Below are positions 49,571 through 60,444 of a stretch of DNA of 64,000 bases, in pieces. The stretch is taken from NCBI GenBank assembly GCA_040218735.1, contig JAVJQW010000061.1, positions 96,001 through 160,000 on the forward strand. Direction: 5' to 3'. The first letter of the stretch is position 1. The number at the start of each line of letters is the position of its first letter. Below the pieces are notes generated by a model, which did no database searches, had not been told where the DNA came from, and saw nothing but the letters and a program-made list of their open reading frames with translations. Source of the stretch: Deltaproteobacteria bacterium (GTDB taxonomy: Bacteria; Myxococcota; Kuafuiibacteriia; Kuafuiibacteriales; Kuafuiibacteriaceae). The position numbers were made by a program, and so were the translations under genes.

Positions 49571-50896
49571 ATGCGGTCGTTGGACGCGAAGCCCATCCTC
49601 TGCGCGGTGCTCCTCACCGCGTGTGCGCCGCCCGAGTCGCCGATGCGCTGGCTCGGGTTCCCCGGCGACGGGACGGCGAAGACGGCGATCATCGCCTCGC
49701 GGAGCCCGACGCTCGAGCTGGAGGTCGTGGACCTCGAAGACCCCACGTTCACCGAGCTCGACCTCGGTGACCGCCCCCCGTACCGCGCCGCGCACGTGCT
49801 GCTGTACGCCGACACCCCTCGGCAGCTCGGCTACGAACCGGGGAAGCTGATCGCGGGTACGTCCGACGCCGACAGCATCCCGCTCGTGTCACCGAACCGG
49901 GGCGTGTACGCGACGTCGATCGACGAGGACTCGCTGGAGGTCAGCTGGCTGCAGAACACCAACGTGCCGGACGACATCGCCGACTTCCGCGTGCGGGTCT
50001 CGGACGAGTGTGCGTTGTTCGGCGCGGCGACGGTGCAGGAGTCGGTGGAGGGCATCGTCTACTTCCGCATCCCGATCGACGACGAGCACGTGCTGGTGCG
50101 CTCCACGCGCGACGTGTTGATCGTGTCGCGCGACGGCGTCGTGAACCTGAACGGGATGAGCGAGCTCGACCGGATGTGGAGCGCGTACCTCGCGCCGAAC
50201 GGCGACCTCTACCTCGGTGACTTCATCGGCGGGATCTGGCGCGGTCGGGTGTCGGCCGAGACCGGCGTCACGAACGCGGTGCTGCTGCGCGACACGGACC
50301 TCGGGCAGATCGTGTCGATGGACGGCAACGTCGACGCGGACGGCAACGTGGAGCTGGTGATGCTCGATCGGAACGCGCGGGCGGGCTGGTTGAGCGGCGA
50401 CGACTTCACGGACCTCGGCCCGGTCGATCCGCCGCGTGTCCCGGTGGTGTGGGCGGAGCAGGGCGTCGGGTACATCGCGGCGGAGGGGATCGACAAGGTG
50501 CTGCGGCTGTCGCCTTCGGGTGTGACGACCGAGAACATCGGCGCGGGGAGTCAGGTCTGGCACCTGTCGGGGCACGACCAGCTCGGCGTCGTCGCGGGCA
50601 CCGCGGAGGGGCACTTCTTCGCGCTGAACGCGCCGCGGCGCCGTTGGGGACAGCTCGAGGGCGCGGACTTCGGTTGGTGGGGCGTGGGCTCGGCGCCGTA
50701 CGAAGACGGCTTTGCGTTCATGCTCGCGTCCGGGTTCATCGGCACCTACAAGCCGGCGCGCGGGTTCTGCGAGGCGATGCCGTTCCTGAGGATCATCGAA
50801 GCCGGAGGGTTGGCGGCGGCGGGCGAGGATCTGGTGGTGACGGCGGTGCCGGACGACGAGGAGACGACTTCGATCCTCTACATCCCGCGGCTCTGA
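49571..50896 (+). CDS. Hypothetical lipoprotein with beta-propeller-like C-terminus
   Basis: LLTA-C lipobox; repeated short beta-strand motifs. Confidence 0.6.
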   Translation: MRSLDAKPILCAVLLTACAPPESPMRWLGFPGDGTAKTAIIASRSPTLELEVVDLEDPTFTELDLGDRPPYRAAHVLLYADTPRQLGYEPGKLIAGTSDADSIPLVSPNRGVYATSIDEDSLEVSWLQNTNVPDDIADFRVRVSDECALFGAATVQESVEGIVYFRIPIDDEHVLVRSTRDVLIVSRDGVVNLNGMSELDRMWSAYLAPNGDLYLGDFIGGIWRGRVSAETGVTNAVLLRDTDLGQIVSMDGNVDADGNVELVMLDRNARAGWLSGDDFTDLGPVDPPRVPVVWAEQGVGYIAAEGIDKVLRLSPSGVTTENIGAGSQVWHLSGHDQLGVVAGTAEGHFFALNAPRRRWGQLEGADFGWWGVGSAPYEDGFAFMLASGFIGTYKPARGFCEAMPFLRIIEAGGLAAAGEDLVVTAVPDDEETTSILYIPRL

Positions 50897-51714
50897 GCTC
50901 CGTAGAAACGCGTCATCTCTTCGCCCCGTTCGTACGCTTCGAACCAGGTGCTCGCCCAACGCGGGAGCGAGGCGCGATCCGGATCGTGCCACGGCGTCTG
51001 CGACAGCAGGATGCGGCTGGACGCGACCCACTTGTCGCGGCGCGGGACTTCGCCGAACGCACGTTGGCCGTGGGTTCGTGTCTCCTCCTCCGGGACGTGT
51101 TTGCGGAACTCGGCGCGCATCGCGCGGAGGAAGTCCGAGATGCGTCGGCGGAGCGTGGGGAACCGTCGTAGGCGCGCGAAGCGATCGCCGTAGAGGTGGT
51201 GATACACCGCGAGCGCAGAGCTGCGGTGCTCGATCTCCTCGCAGAAGTGCCACAGGAGCAGCGAAGCGACGCGGGCGTCGCCGTCGCCCATCAAGACGCG
51301 GCGGTTGTCGATGACGAGCTTGAAGGAGGGTGTGAACGTCGCCTCCAGCGCGGCGATCGCGCAGAGGCTCTCCTCGACGCTGTCGAACTTCCACGTCCGT
51401 TCGAAGTAGGACGTTGCAAGTTGTCTTGCGTCGGCGAGACCGGGGTAGCGCTCGATGAGCGCTTTGACGTGTTTGTTGTGCGCGGCGGCGTGGACGGCTT
51501 CCTGCTCGGTGAACTGCAGGGCCTCCTCGCGGATCGCTTCGTCGCGGATCTCGGGGATGACCTGGCGCATGACGCGCACGAGCCACGCTTCGAAGCCGAT
51601 CGCGCCGAAGGAGATCGAGTTGCCCCACATCGAGAAGCCGGGGTTGTTCGGGTTCCAGAGGAATCGAACGCCGTCGAACTCGAACGGCAGGCGGCGCACC
51701 ACCAGGTCAGACAT
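50878..51714 (-). CDS. Predicted metal-dependent hydrolase (COG3687, ferritin-like)
   Basis: QEAVHAAAH, AALE, LLWHFCEEIEHRSSA. Confidence 0.85.
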   Translation of the reverse strand: MSDLVVRRLPFEFDGVRFLWNPNNPGFSMWGNSISFGAIGFEAWLVRVMRQVIPEIRDEAIREEALQFTEQEAVHAAAHNKHVKALIERYPGLADARQLATSYFERTWKFDSVEESLCAIAALEATFTPSFKLVIDNRRVLMGDGDARVASLLLWHFCEEIEHRSSALAVYHHLYGDRFARLRRFPTLRRRISDFLRAMRAEFRKHVPEEETRTHGQRAFGEVPRRDKWVASSRILLSQTPWHDPDRASLPRWASTWFEAYERGEEMTRFYGAQSRGM

Positions 51715-52824
51715 CGGTCACCTCGTCCACCGCGAGCGCGAAGGCGCGCAGCTGTTCGGCGAATCGAGCGGGCTGCTCGAGCGCGGCGAAGTGGCCGCCC
51801 GCTTCGGAGTGGGCGTAGGACACGAGGTTCGAAAAACGCGAGGCCGCCCACCGGCGCGACGGCCTCGAGATCTCGCCCGGGAAGATCGTGCACCCCACCG
51901 GGCCTTCGACGGGTGCGAGGTCCGGCTTCGCGTAGCTCTCCCAGTACAGCCGCGCCGCCGAAGCCGCCGACCGCGTGACCCACCACAGCGTCAGGTTGTC
52001 GAGGAGGCGGTCGACGCTCACGCCGCCGAAGTCCGGGCCGTCGGTCCACGCCGCGAACTTGTCGAGGATCCAGGCCGCGAGCGCGATCGGCGAGTCCACC
52101 AGCCCGTAGCCGATCGTCTGCGGACGCGTGGACTGGATCGCCGCGTAACCGGCGCCGGCGCGCGCGTGGTTCTTCGCGTCAGCGAGCGCGATGCGCTCCT
52201 CCTCGGTCGGCGCGCTCACGACCTCGGGCGGGGGCTTCGCGAGGACGAGGTTGAGGTGCGCCGCGCGGCAGGCGTCGGGGTGCCGGTCGAGGAGCGCGGT
52301 GGAGATCATGGCGCCCCAGTCGCCGCCCTGCGCGAGGTACCGCGGGTAGCCGAGCGCGCCCATGAGGGTGTGCCACGCGTCGGCGATCCTCTCGACGTTC
52401 CACCCCGGGACCCTCGGCGCCGAAGAGAACCCGTACCCGGGGAGGCTCGGGACGACGACGTGGAACGCGGGCCCCGCGTCGGGTTCCAGGAGGAGCGGCA
52501 GCACGTCGAGGAACTCGATCACCGAGCCCGGCCAGCCGTGAGTGAGGACGAGCGGGCGGGCGTCGGGCCGTGGGGAGCGCGCGTGGAGGAAGTGGATGTC
52601 GACGTCGTCGATCGTCAGGAGCGACGAGCCCCGTTCGACGAGCTCGCGCTCGCAGCGACGCCAGTCGTAGCCGTGGATCCAGCGCTCGACGATCGGGCGC
52701 AGGACGTCCGCGCCGATCCCCTGCGAGGGGTGCGTCGATTCGTCCGGCCACCGGGTCCGAGTCAGCCGGGCCGCGAGGTCCGAGAGCTCTTCGTCGGGGA
52801 CGTTGGGTTGGAAGCGTCGGACGT

Positions 52825-52828
<4 letters not shown>
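51707..52828 (-). CDS. Epoxide hydrolase
   Basis: ATG 52828 (ATGA overlap); LTHGWPGS, PSLPGYGFS, QGGDWG, GGHFAALEQP. Confidence 0.92.
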
Positions 52829-54519
<1,691 letters not shown>

Positions 54520-54605
54520 GCGTGGGGCCACGGTAAGCCGAATCAGCGCGGAGCGACTGTCTCGATTTCGCACTTGATGCGTGCGTCTGTGCTACTGATT
54601 GCGGC

Positions 54606-55490
54606 GTGGACGATCGACGGGTCTTCGTCGCGGTCGCCAACGCCGGGAGCTACCAGGCGGCGGCCCATCGGCTCCAGCTCGCGCGGACGACGGTGATGCG
54701 CCGCGTGGAGGCGCTGGAGGCCGAGGTCGGGTTGGAGCTCGTGCAGCGGTCCGGGCGGACCATCGCGCTGACCGAGGCGGGTCGTCAGCTCGCGGACGGG
54801 CTTCGCGGTCTCTACTCGCGCCAGGACAAACTCGAAGCCCACCTGCGCGCGGCCGCGGGGGAGGCGGCGGGGACGATCCGGCTCGTCGGGCCCGAGCTGG
54901 GGACCGGGTACGGGCTGGTGGATCCGATCGCCGCGTTCGTCGAAGCGCACCCGAGCATCACGGTGCACCTCGAGCTCGGCCGCGACATGCGGGCGCTGCG
55001 GCCTGGTGAGTTCGACGTCGCGCTGCAGCTCGGGCACCGCATCAACCCGGACCTCCTCGCGTGTGTCCTCTTCCAGGAGCGCATGATCCTCGCGGCGAGC
55101 CCGCGTTACCTCGAAGCGTTCGGCGTTCCGGAGCGTGTGGAGGATCTCGCGGAGCACCGGATCGTCGAGGAGCGCGACGCGCGCGGACGCGTCGTCCCGT
55201 GGCGCCTCGCGGACGGCACCAAGATCTCGCCGCCGGCGGGCGCGGTCGCCGCGAACGGCATCGGGGTGGTGATGGGTTTGGCGCTCGAGGGCGTCGGGGT
55301 GGCGCGGCTCCCGCGATCGTTGATCGGCCACGCGTTGGTGGACGGCGCGCTCGAGACGGTGCTCCCCGAGATCTACAGTGAGGACCCGGTGAGCTTCGTG
55401 TACTTTCCGGGTCCGTCGGCGGCGACGCGTGCGTTCCTCGACTTCATGACGAAGTGGGATCACCGGCGGCGTTGGGAAGGTGAAGGATGA
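54606..55490 (+). CDS. LysR-family transcriptional regulator
   Basis: FVAVANAGSYQAAAHRL..LEAEVGLELVQRS..LTEAG; divergent from the hydrolase operon. Confidence 0.9.
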   Translation: MDDRRVFVAVANAGSYQAAAHRLQLARTTVMRRVEALEAEVGLELVQRSGRTIALTEAGRQLADGLRGLYSRQDKLEAHLRAAAGEAAGTIRLVGPELGTGYGLVDPIAAFVEAHPSITVHLELGRDMRALRPGEFDVALQLGHRINPDLLACVLFQERMILAASPRYLEAFGVPERVEDLAEHRIVEERDARGRVVPWRLADGTKISPPAGAVAANGIGVVMGLALEGVGVARLPRSLIGHALVDGALETVLPEIYSEDPVSFVYFPGPSAATRAFLDFMTKWDHRRRWEGEG

Positions 55491-55849
55491 CCGAAGAACG
55501 AGACGTGCCCATCAAGCTCCCCAAGCGGGCGACGATGGCCGACTTTCAGCGCTACGTGCACGACCTCGAGGCGATGCACGGGTGGCTCGACGTGGACCTC
55601 GTGCACAACTGCTTCCTCATGGGCGAGGAGGTCGGCGAGCTGTTCAAGGCGGTGCGTCGGTACGGGAAGATGTTCGAGCAGGGCGGCGCGAAGGCGCTCG
55701 CGAACGACGAGGCGAAGACCCACGTCGCGGAGGAGCTCGTGGACGTCTTCAACTACCTCGCGGCCCTCGCGAACCGGCTGGACATCGATCTCGAAGCGGC
55801 GTTCGTCGCGAAGAACGAGAAGAACCAGCGGCGGACCTGGAGCGACTGA
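55487..55849 (+). CDS. MazG-like nucleotide pyrophosphohydrolase
   Basis: EEVGELFKAVR..EELVDVFNYL..KNEKN. Confidence 0.88.
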   Translation: MTEERDVPIKLPKRATMADFQRYVHDLEAMHGWLDVDLVHNCFLMGEEVGELFKAVRRYGKMFEQGGAKALANDEAKTHVAEELVDVFNYLAALANRLDIDLEAAFVAKNEKNQRRTWSD

Positions 55850-56166
55850 TGTACGTGATCGTGTTGAAGTACGTGAAGCCGCTGCCCGAAGTCGACAAAC
55901 ACATGCGCGCGCACGTCGCCTACCTGAAGGCGCAGTACCGCGACGGCGTGTTCATCGCCTCGGGCCGCCGCAACCCACGCACCGGCGGCGTGATCCTCGC
56001 GCGCGCGATGAGCCCGGAGGCGCTCGCCGAGATCCTCGCGAAGGACCCCTTCTTCGTGCACGGCCTCGCGGAGTTCGACATCATCGACTTCGCGACGAGC
56101 ATGTACGCCGAAGCGTTCGAGCCCTTCGCGGACGATGACAAGGTGCCGCGAGGACGCGTGGGGTGA
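55849..56166 (+). CDS. YciI-family protein
   Basis: TGATG coupling; HVAYL, ASGRRNPRTGGVILA, DPF. Confidence 0.88.
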   Translation: MYVIVLKYVKPLPEVDKHMRAHVAYLKAQYRDGVFIASGRRNPRTGGVILARAMSPEALAEILAKDPFFVHGLAEFDIIDFATSMYAEAFEPFADDDKVPRGRVG

Positions 56167-56192
56167 GATCGGATTCGGGGGGTGAGGAGAGT

Positions 56193-56268
56193 TGGTGCCC
56201 AGTCCCGGACTCGAACCAGGGACACGCGGATTTTCAATCCACTGCTCTACCAACTGAGCTAACTGGGC
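56193..56268 (-). tRNA. tRNA-Phe(GAA)
   Basis: GCCCAGTTAGCTCAGTTGGTAGAGCAGTGGATTGAAAATCCGCGTGTCCCTGGTTCGAGTCCGGGACTGGGCACCA; 76 nt, encoded CCA. Confidence 0.97.
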
Positions 56269-56283
56269 ACCGAGAAGGCGCAC

Positions 56284-56312
56284 GTCATACCCGCGTGACG
56301 GGAGGATGCCAA
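56284..56312 (-). promoter_or_regulatory. Candidate sigma70-type promoter of tRNA-Phe
   Basis: TTGGCA-N17-TATGAC on the minus strand, 15 nt upstream of the tRNA. Confidence 0.5.
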
Positions 56313-56341
56313 GCCCCAAAATGCGATAGGGTCCGACCCCG

Positions 56342-58150
56342 GTGGGCATCGGCCTGATCGCGCTTCAGCTCGTGGTGATGTCCTCCACGGTGACCGCTTC
56401 CGCCGCGGACGCTGCGTCGAGCACCGTCGCCGACGCGCTCGGGCTCGACGATCTGCCGCTGTCCGAGGAGGACCTCGCGCTGCTCGAGGCCCTCGACACC
56501 GAGACCCCCACCGTCGCCGAGCACCCGCCGTGGTGGCCTCCGCCCGACGGCGCCGTGCGCCGCGTCGCGCGCGTTCGACTGATCGAACCCGTCGCGCGCT
56601 CCATCGCCGAGAGCTTCGAGGCCCTCCCCACTCGCGTAGGCACCGTTCGGTCCGGCCGCCGCGTCTCCGTGCTCGTCGACGGCGTACGGATCGATCCGAT
56701 CCTCCCCGACGCCGGGCGCCTCTGGCTCTCCCGCGACGCGCGCCTCACCTCGAGCGTGGGCCTCTCTGCCTCCGCCGACCTCGCGCGCGATCCGCGAACC
56801 CACGTCGGCGCGATGGACGTCCAGATGTGGCGCCCGTCCAACACCGGCGTCGAAGCGTCGGCGTTCGCGCGGACCGCGGATCGCTCCGCCGGTGCGTTCG
56901 CCGCGGGGGGCGTCGCCGGGGACGCCGGCTACGCGGGGATCGCCGTCTACGGCGCGCGGCAAGGTAGCTTGCGCATTCAGACGATCACCGCGTCCGCCGA
57001 GCTCCCCGCCGCGCAGCAACGCTTCGGCGCCACGGCCCGCGCCGCGCACGCAATCACCGACTGGGCGGCCGTCTCCGCCGGCCTCGACTTCGAGACCGCG
57101 GATCCCGACGGACCACGCGGATACCAGCTCCTCGGGTTCGTCCGCGGCGCCCTCCAGGGCCAACGCGGCGAAGCCGAAGTGCGCTACGCCTACGTCCGCT
57201 ACGACAGCGACGTAGTCCTCCGGAGCGCACGCGTGGATCGCGTGGACGCATCGGGAGCGTTCTTCGTGACGGACCACCTCACCGCGATCGGCGGCGGCGC
57301 GTTGGCGTTCGGGCGCGTGGATCTCTCCTCGCTCCGCCAAGACCAGCTCGAAGGGTTCGTCGGCCTGCGCCTCGACACCGACGCGATCGACGGCGAGCTC
57401 GTCGCGCGCTGGGTCGACGCGACGTCGACCGAGCTCGACGGACGCGAGGTCACCACGTCGGTGCCCCTCTTCGGCGGCCACGTCACCTGGCAGATCGCGG
57501 AGCCGCTCGCGCTGCGCGTGAAGGCGTCGCAGGGCTCGAGTGTGTTGCCGCCCGCCTACGTCGCCGCCGGGTTCGACGACCACGAACGCAGCTTCACCGC
57601 CGAAGTCGGCCCGCTCCTCACGCTCGACAGTCTCTGGCTGTCGGCGCACCTCTTCTCGACCTGGCTCACCGACACCACCGCATTCGATCGCGACGCGGGC
57701 ACCCTCGTCTCACGCGACGGCAGCTGGTACGGCGCCGAAGCCACGGGCGCCTGGTCGATCACCGACGCCCTCTCGATCGCCGGGCTCGTCGCCCTGACCC
57801 GACCCGTCACCGACGGGGACGTTCGCATCGACGGCGTCCCGAGCGTGCGCTGGTTCGGCAGCGTCCGCTACGACATCTGGGCGCACGACCTCTTCTTCTC
57901 CGCCTTCGCCCGCGGCGTGACGACGCCGCTCTTCGACGAGGCCCCCCGCGCGATCATCGACCCGACCCGACTCAACGGTCCTCTCGGCGGCGGGCAACGC
58001 TTCGGTGCGTCCGCCGGCCTCGGCGTCGGCTACGGGCTCACGGTGCGCGCCACGGTGGAGAACGCGCTCGACGAAGTCGTCGTCCACCACGACCGCGTTG
58101 CGCCGGGCTCAGGCGTGGACCTCCGCGTCGCGTTGGACTGGAGCTACTGA
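56342..58150 (+). CDS. TonB-dependent-receptor-like outer-membrane barrel, short and divergent
   Basis: Signal peptide; VSVLVDGVRI plug-like motif; ERSFTAEVG, TVENALD; aromatic C-terminus LDWSY. Confidence 0.55.
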   Translation: MGIGLIALQLVVMSSTVTASAADAASSTVADALGLDDLPLSEEDLALLEALDTETPTVAEHPPWWPPPDGAVRRVARVRLIEPVARSIAESFEALPTRVGTVRSGRRVSVLVDGVRIDPILPDAGRLWLSRDARLTSSVGLSASADLARDPRTHVGAMDVQMWRPSNTGVEASAFARTADRSAGAFAAGGVAGDAGYAGIAVYGARQGSLRIQTITASAELPAAQQRFGATARAAHAITDWAAVSAGLDFETADPDGPRGYQLLGFVRGALQGQRGEAEVRYAYVRYDSDVVLRSARVDRVDASGAFFVTDHLTAIGGGALAFGRVDLSSLRQDQLEGFVGLRLDTDAIDGELVARWVDATSTELDGREVTTSVPLFGGHVTWQIAEPLALRVKASQGSSVLPPAYVAAGFDDHERSFTAEVGPLLTLDSLWLSAHLFSTWLTDTTAFDRDAGTLVSRDGSWYGAEATGAWSITDALSIAGLVALTRPVTDGDVRIDGVPSVRWFGSVRYDIWAHDLFFSAFARGVTTPLFDEAPRAIIDPTRLNGPLGGGQRFGASAGLGVGYGLTVRATVENALDEVVVHHDRVAPGSGVDLRVALDWSY

Positions 58151-58152
58151 CG

Positions 58153-60348
58153 TCACTGCGGCGTCAGCACGAACATCTTCATCGAACGCGGACCGAGCGC
58201 GATCCAATGCGAGAGAGATGCCCCGCTCGTGTGCATCGCCACCACCCCCGCCGTCGACATCTCCGCCACTGAATATACTAAAGCGACCGGGATCTCGAAG
58301 CGATCGAGCTCCATCTGGAGCGTGACGTTCCGCGGGACGTCACTCAGGTTCACCACCAACACGCCGAGCTGCCCACCGGTCGACCAAGCGCGCGCGCGCA
58401 CCACGGGGACGTCCATGCGGAGCGTCAGCGTCGACGTCTGCCGGTAAATCGCGGAGGTCGTGGGGATCGCGCCCGTGAGCGTCACGTCGCGCTGCATTCG
58501 ACCGAGCACGACGAAGTCCGCGAACGCGCGCCGGTACGCAATCGCGTCCGTGAGGAACGCGATCCGGGCCGGATCGGTCTGCGGATTCCACCAGCGCGAG
58601 TTCACGGGCAGCCGACCGATCGCCGAGCCACGCAGCAGGTCGGAGACGAGCGCCGCTTCGAATGTGAAGTCCGTCGGATCGATCGGCGGGTTCGTCGTGC
58701 GTCCGAAGGACGGCAGGTAGTCGCCGTAGATCACCCCCCACAGCGGCACCTCGCCGGGCCACAGGTTGTAGTGGTTGAGACGCACGTCCACGAGGTCCAC
58801 GAACGTCTCCGCGATGGCCTCGCCCGCGAGCGCGGCGTTCGGGTCGACGGCCGCGATCCCCGAACGCATCTGCGCGAGCATGCTGCGCACGTGATCCGCC
58901 GCGTAGGTGCCGCCGCCGGTGGGGTGACCGTGCGTCGAGTCGTGGCACGGCCGGTCGACCTGCCCGCCGAGCTGGTCGAGATACACCCCCGCCGAGTTGC
59001 CTTCGTCCACGAGCGCGACGGCCTGGTTCACGAGCTGCGCCGTCAACGCCGCCGACGTCGCACAGACCTCCACCGACGTCGCCGTGATCGTGTAGTCGGT
59101 CGGGTGCGTCGCATCGCTCTGCAGGTGGACGGTCTCGGTCTGGGTGTACGGCGTTCCGTCCCAGCGCTTCAACGCGAAGCTCTCGATCTGTGGCGTGAAC
59201 GACGGCGCCGCGCGATCCCACGCGATCGTGTTGAGGTACGGGAACGGCTCGGCGTCGACGTTGCGCATGGCCTGCGCGTCCCCCGCGAGCGTGGTCGGGA
59301 TCGGGCGGCCGGGGTCGGTCCACGAGCCCTCTTCGAACCAGTTGTAGTGCTGCACGGCCGAGCGCGTCAGCGGGATCTCGGCGTGCATCGTGGGCAGGTG
59401 CGCCTCCTCCTGCTGCTGCGCCCAGTGGGAATCGAGCCGCACCCACGCGTCCGTCTCGAGCAACCACGCGGGGTAGTCGGTGCGCGTCGCGAGGGGCCCC
59501 TTCGACGTCCACACCTGCTGCACCGCCCACGCACGATAGAGCTGGGCGGCGTCCCACCAGTCGCCGTCGAACGTCTGCAGCACGACCGGGTACGGCTGGA
59601 TGTAGTCGTTGCCGGCGGCGACGGTGTTCTCGGGGACGTGCTGGATGAACGTGCTCACGAACGGGTCCGCGGTGCTGAGGCTCGGGACGTAGAAGAAGCG
59701 TTTGTGGCGCGCGTCGCGATCGTGTGTCGCGAAGTAGAGCCCGCGTCCGGCGTCGTCGATCATCGCGCCGAACTGCATCGGCCCCGGCGCTTCGAGGCCG
59801 GCGTGGGCGCCGAAACCGTAGCCGAGCGGACCTGCGAAGGGGTTGCGTTGGCTGCGCCCGAACGCACGCGACATGACGAGGGTGTGCGCGTCGGCCGGCG
59901 CGCTGCCCGTGGGTCGCAGGCGAACGATCGGGAACCGCACCGCGGTGAGGCTGAGCGTGGTGTCGTTGTCGACTTCGATCCATCCGTGGAGCGCGTCGCC
60001 GACGGTCTGCCAGCGCACCTTCACATCGATGCGACCCTTCACGCCGACCGGCACGCCGCGCCACTCGATCGCGTCGCGCCAGAACCTCGGTGTCACGCCG
60101 GCGTGGGTGCTCGCGACGGTGACCGCGCCGTCGTCGAGCTCGAGCTCCCACAGCGGCGCCGGTCCGGGCTCGTCGACGAACCACGCCATGCGGTTCGAAC
60201 GCACCTGGAGGAGGCCGCCGTTGGCGTCGTGGAGCGTCGTCGTTCGGCCGCGACCGAACGAGGTCCCGAGGACGGCGCTCGTCGTCGAGGACGATGGCGC
60301 GGCGGCGGTGCAGGCGGTGAGGAGCAGGAGCGAAGCAGCGGCGCGCAT
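58153..60348 (-). CDS. DUF6259-like putative glycoside hydrolase, probable lipoprotein
   Basis: LLLLTA-C; FDGDWWDAAQLYRAWA, GVYLDQ, CHDSTHGHPTGGG, E..AE, VPLWGVIY. Confidence 0.65.
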   Translation of the reverse strand: MRAAASLLLLTACTAAAPSSSTTSAVLGTSFGRGRTTTLHDANGGLLQVRSNRMAWFVDEPGPAPLWELELDDGAVTVASTHAGVTPRFWRDAIEWRGVPVGVKGRIDVKVRWQTVGDALHGWIEVDNDTTLSLTAVRFPIVRLRPTGSAPADAHTLVMSRAFGRSQRNPFAGPLGYGFGAHAGLEAPGPMQFGAMIDDAGRGLYFATHDRDARHKRFFYVPSLSTADPFVSTFIQHVPENTVAAGNDYIQPYPVVLQTFDGDWWDAAQLYRAWAVQQVWTSKGPLATRTDYPAWLLETDAWVRLDSHWAQQQEEAHLPTMHAEIPLTRSAVQHYNWFEEGSWTDPGRPIPTTLAGDAQAMRNVDAEPFPYLNTIAWDRAAPSFTPQIESFALKRWDGTPYTQTETVHLQSDATHPTDYTITATSVEVCATSAALTAQLVNQAVALVDEGNSAGVYLDQLGGQVDRPCHDSTHGHPTGGGTYAADHVRSMLAQMRSGIAAVDPNAALAGEAIAETFVDLVDVRLNHYNLWPGEVPLWGVIYGDYLPSFGRTTNPPIDPTDFTFEAALVSDLLRGSAIGRLPVNSRWWNPQTDPARIAFLTDAIAYRRAFADFVVLGRMQRDVTLTGAIPTTSAIYRQTSTLTLRMDVPVVRARAWSTGGQLGVLVVNLSDVPRNVTLQMELDRFEIPVALVYSVAEMSTAGVVAMHTSGASLSHWIALGPRSMKMFVLTPQ

Positions 60349-60444
60349 GAGCGGCGCATTTCGCAAGCGGTGTGCCGCGCGTGATGGAAGCGAAGGCGCG
60401 CGACGACGACGTCTCGCGTCCGTGCGCGCACGTGCGGGGTGTGC

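Noticed and set aside
56193-56268. tRNA-Phe as an integration site for an island
   Set aside because: No integrase or transposase nearby, and I saw no duplicated tRNA 3' end in the window.
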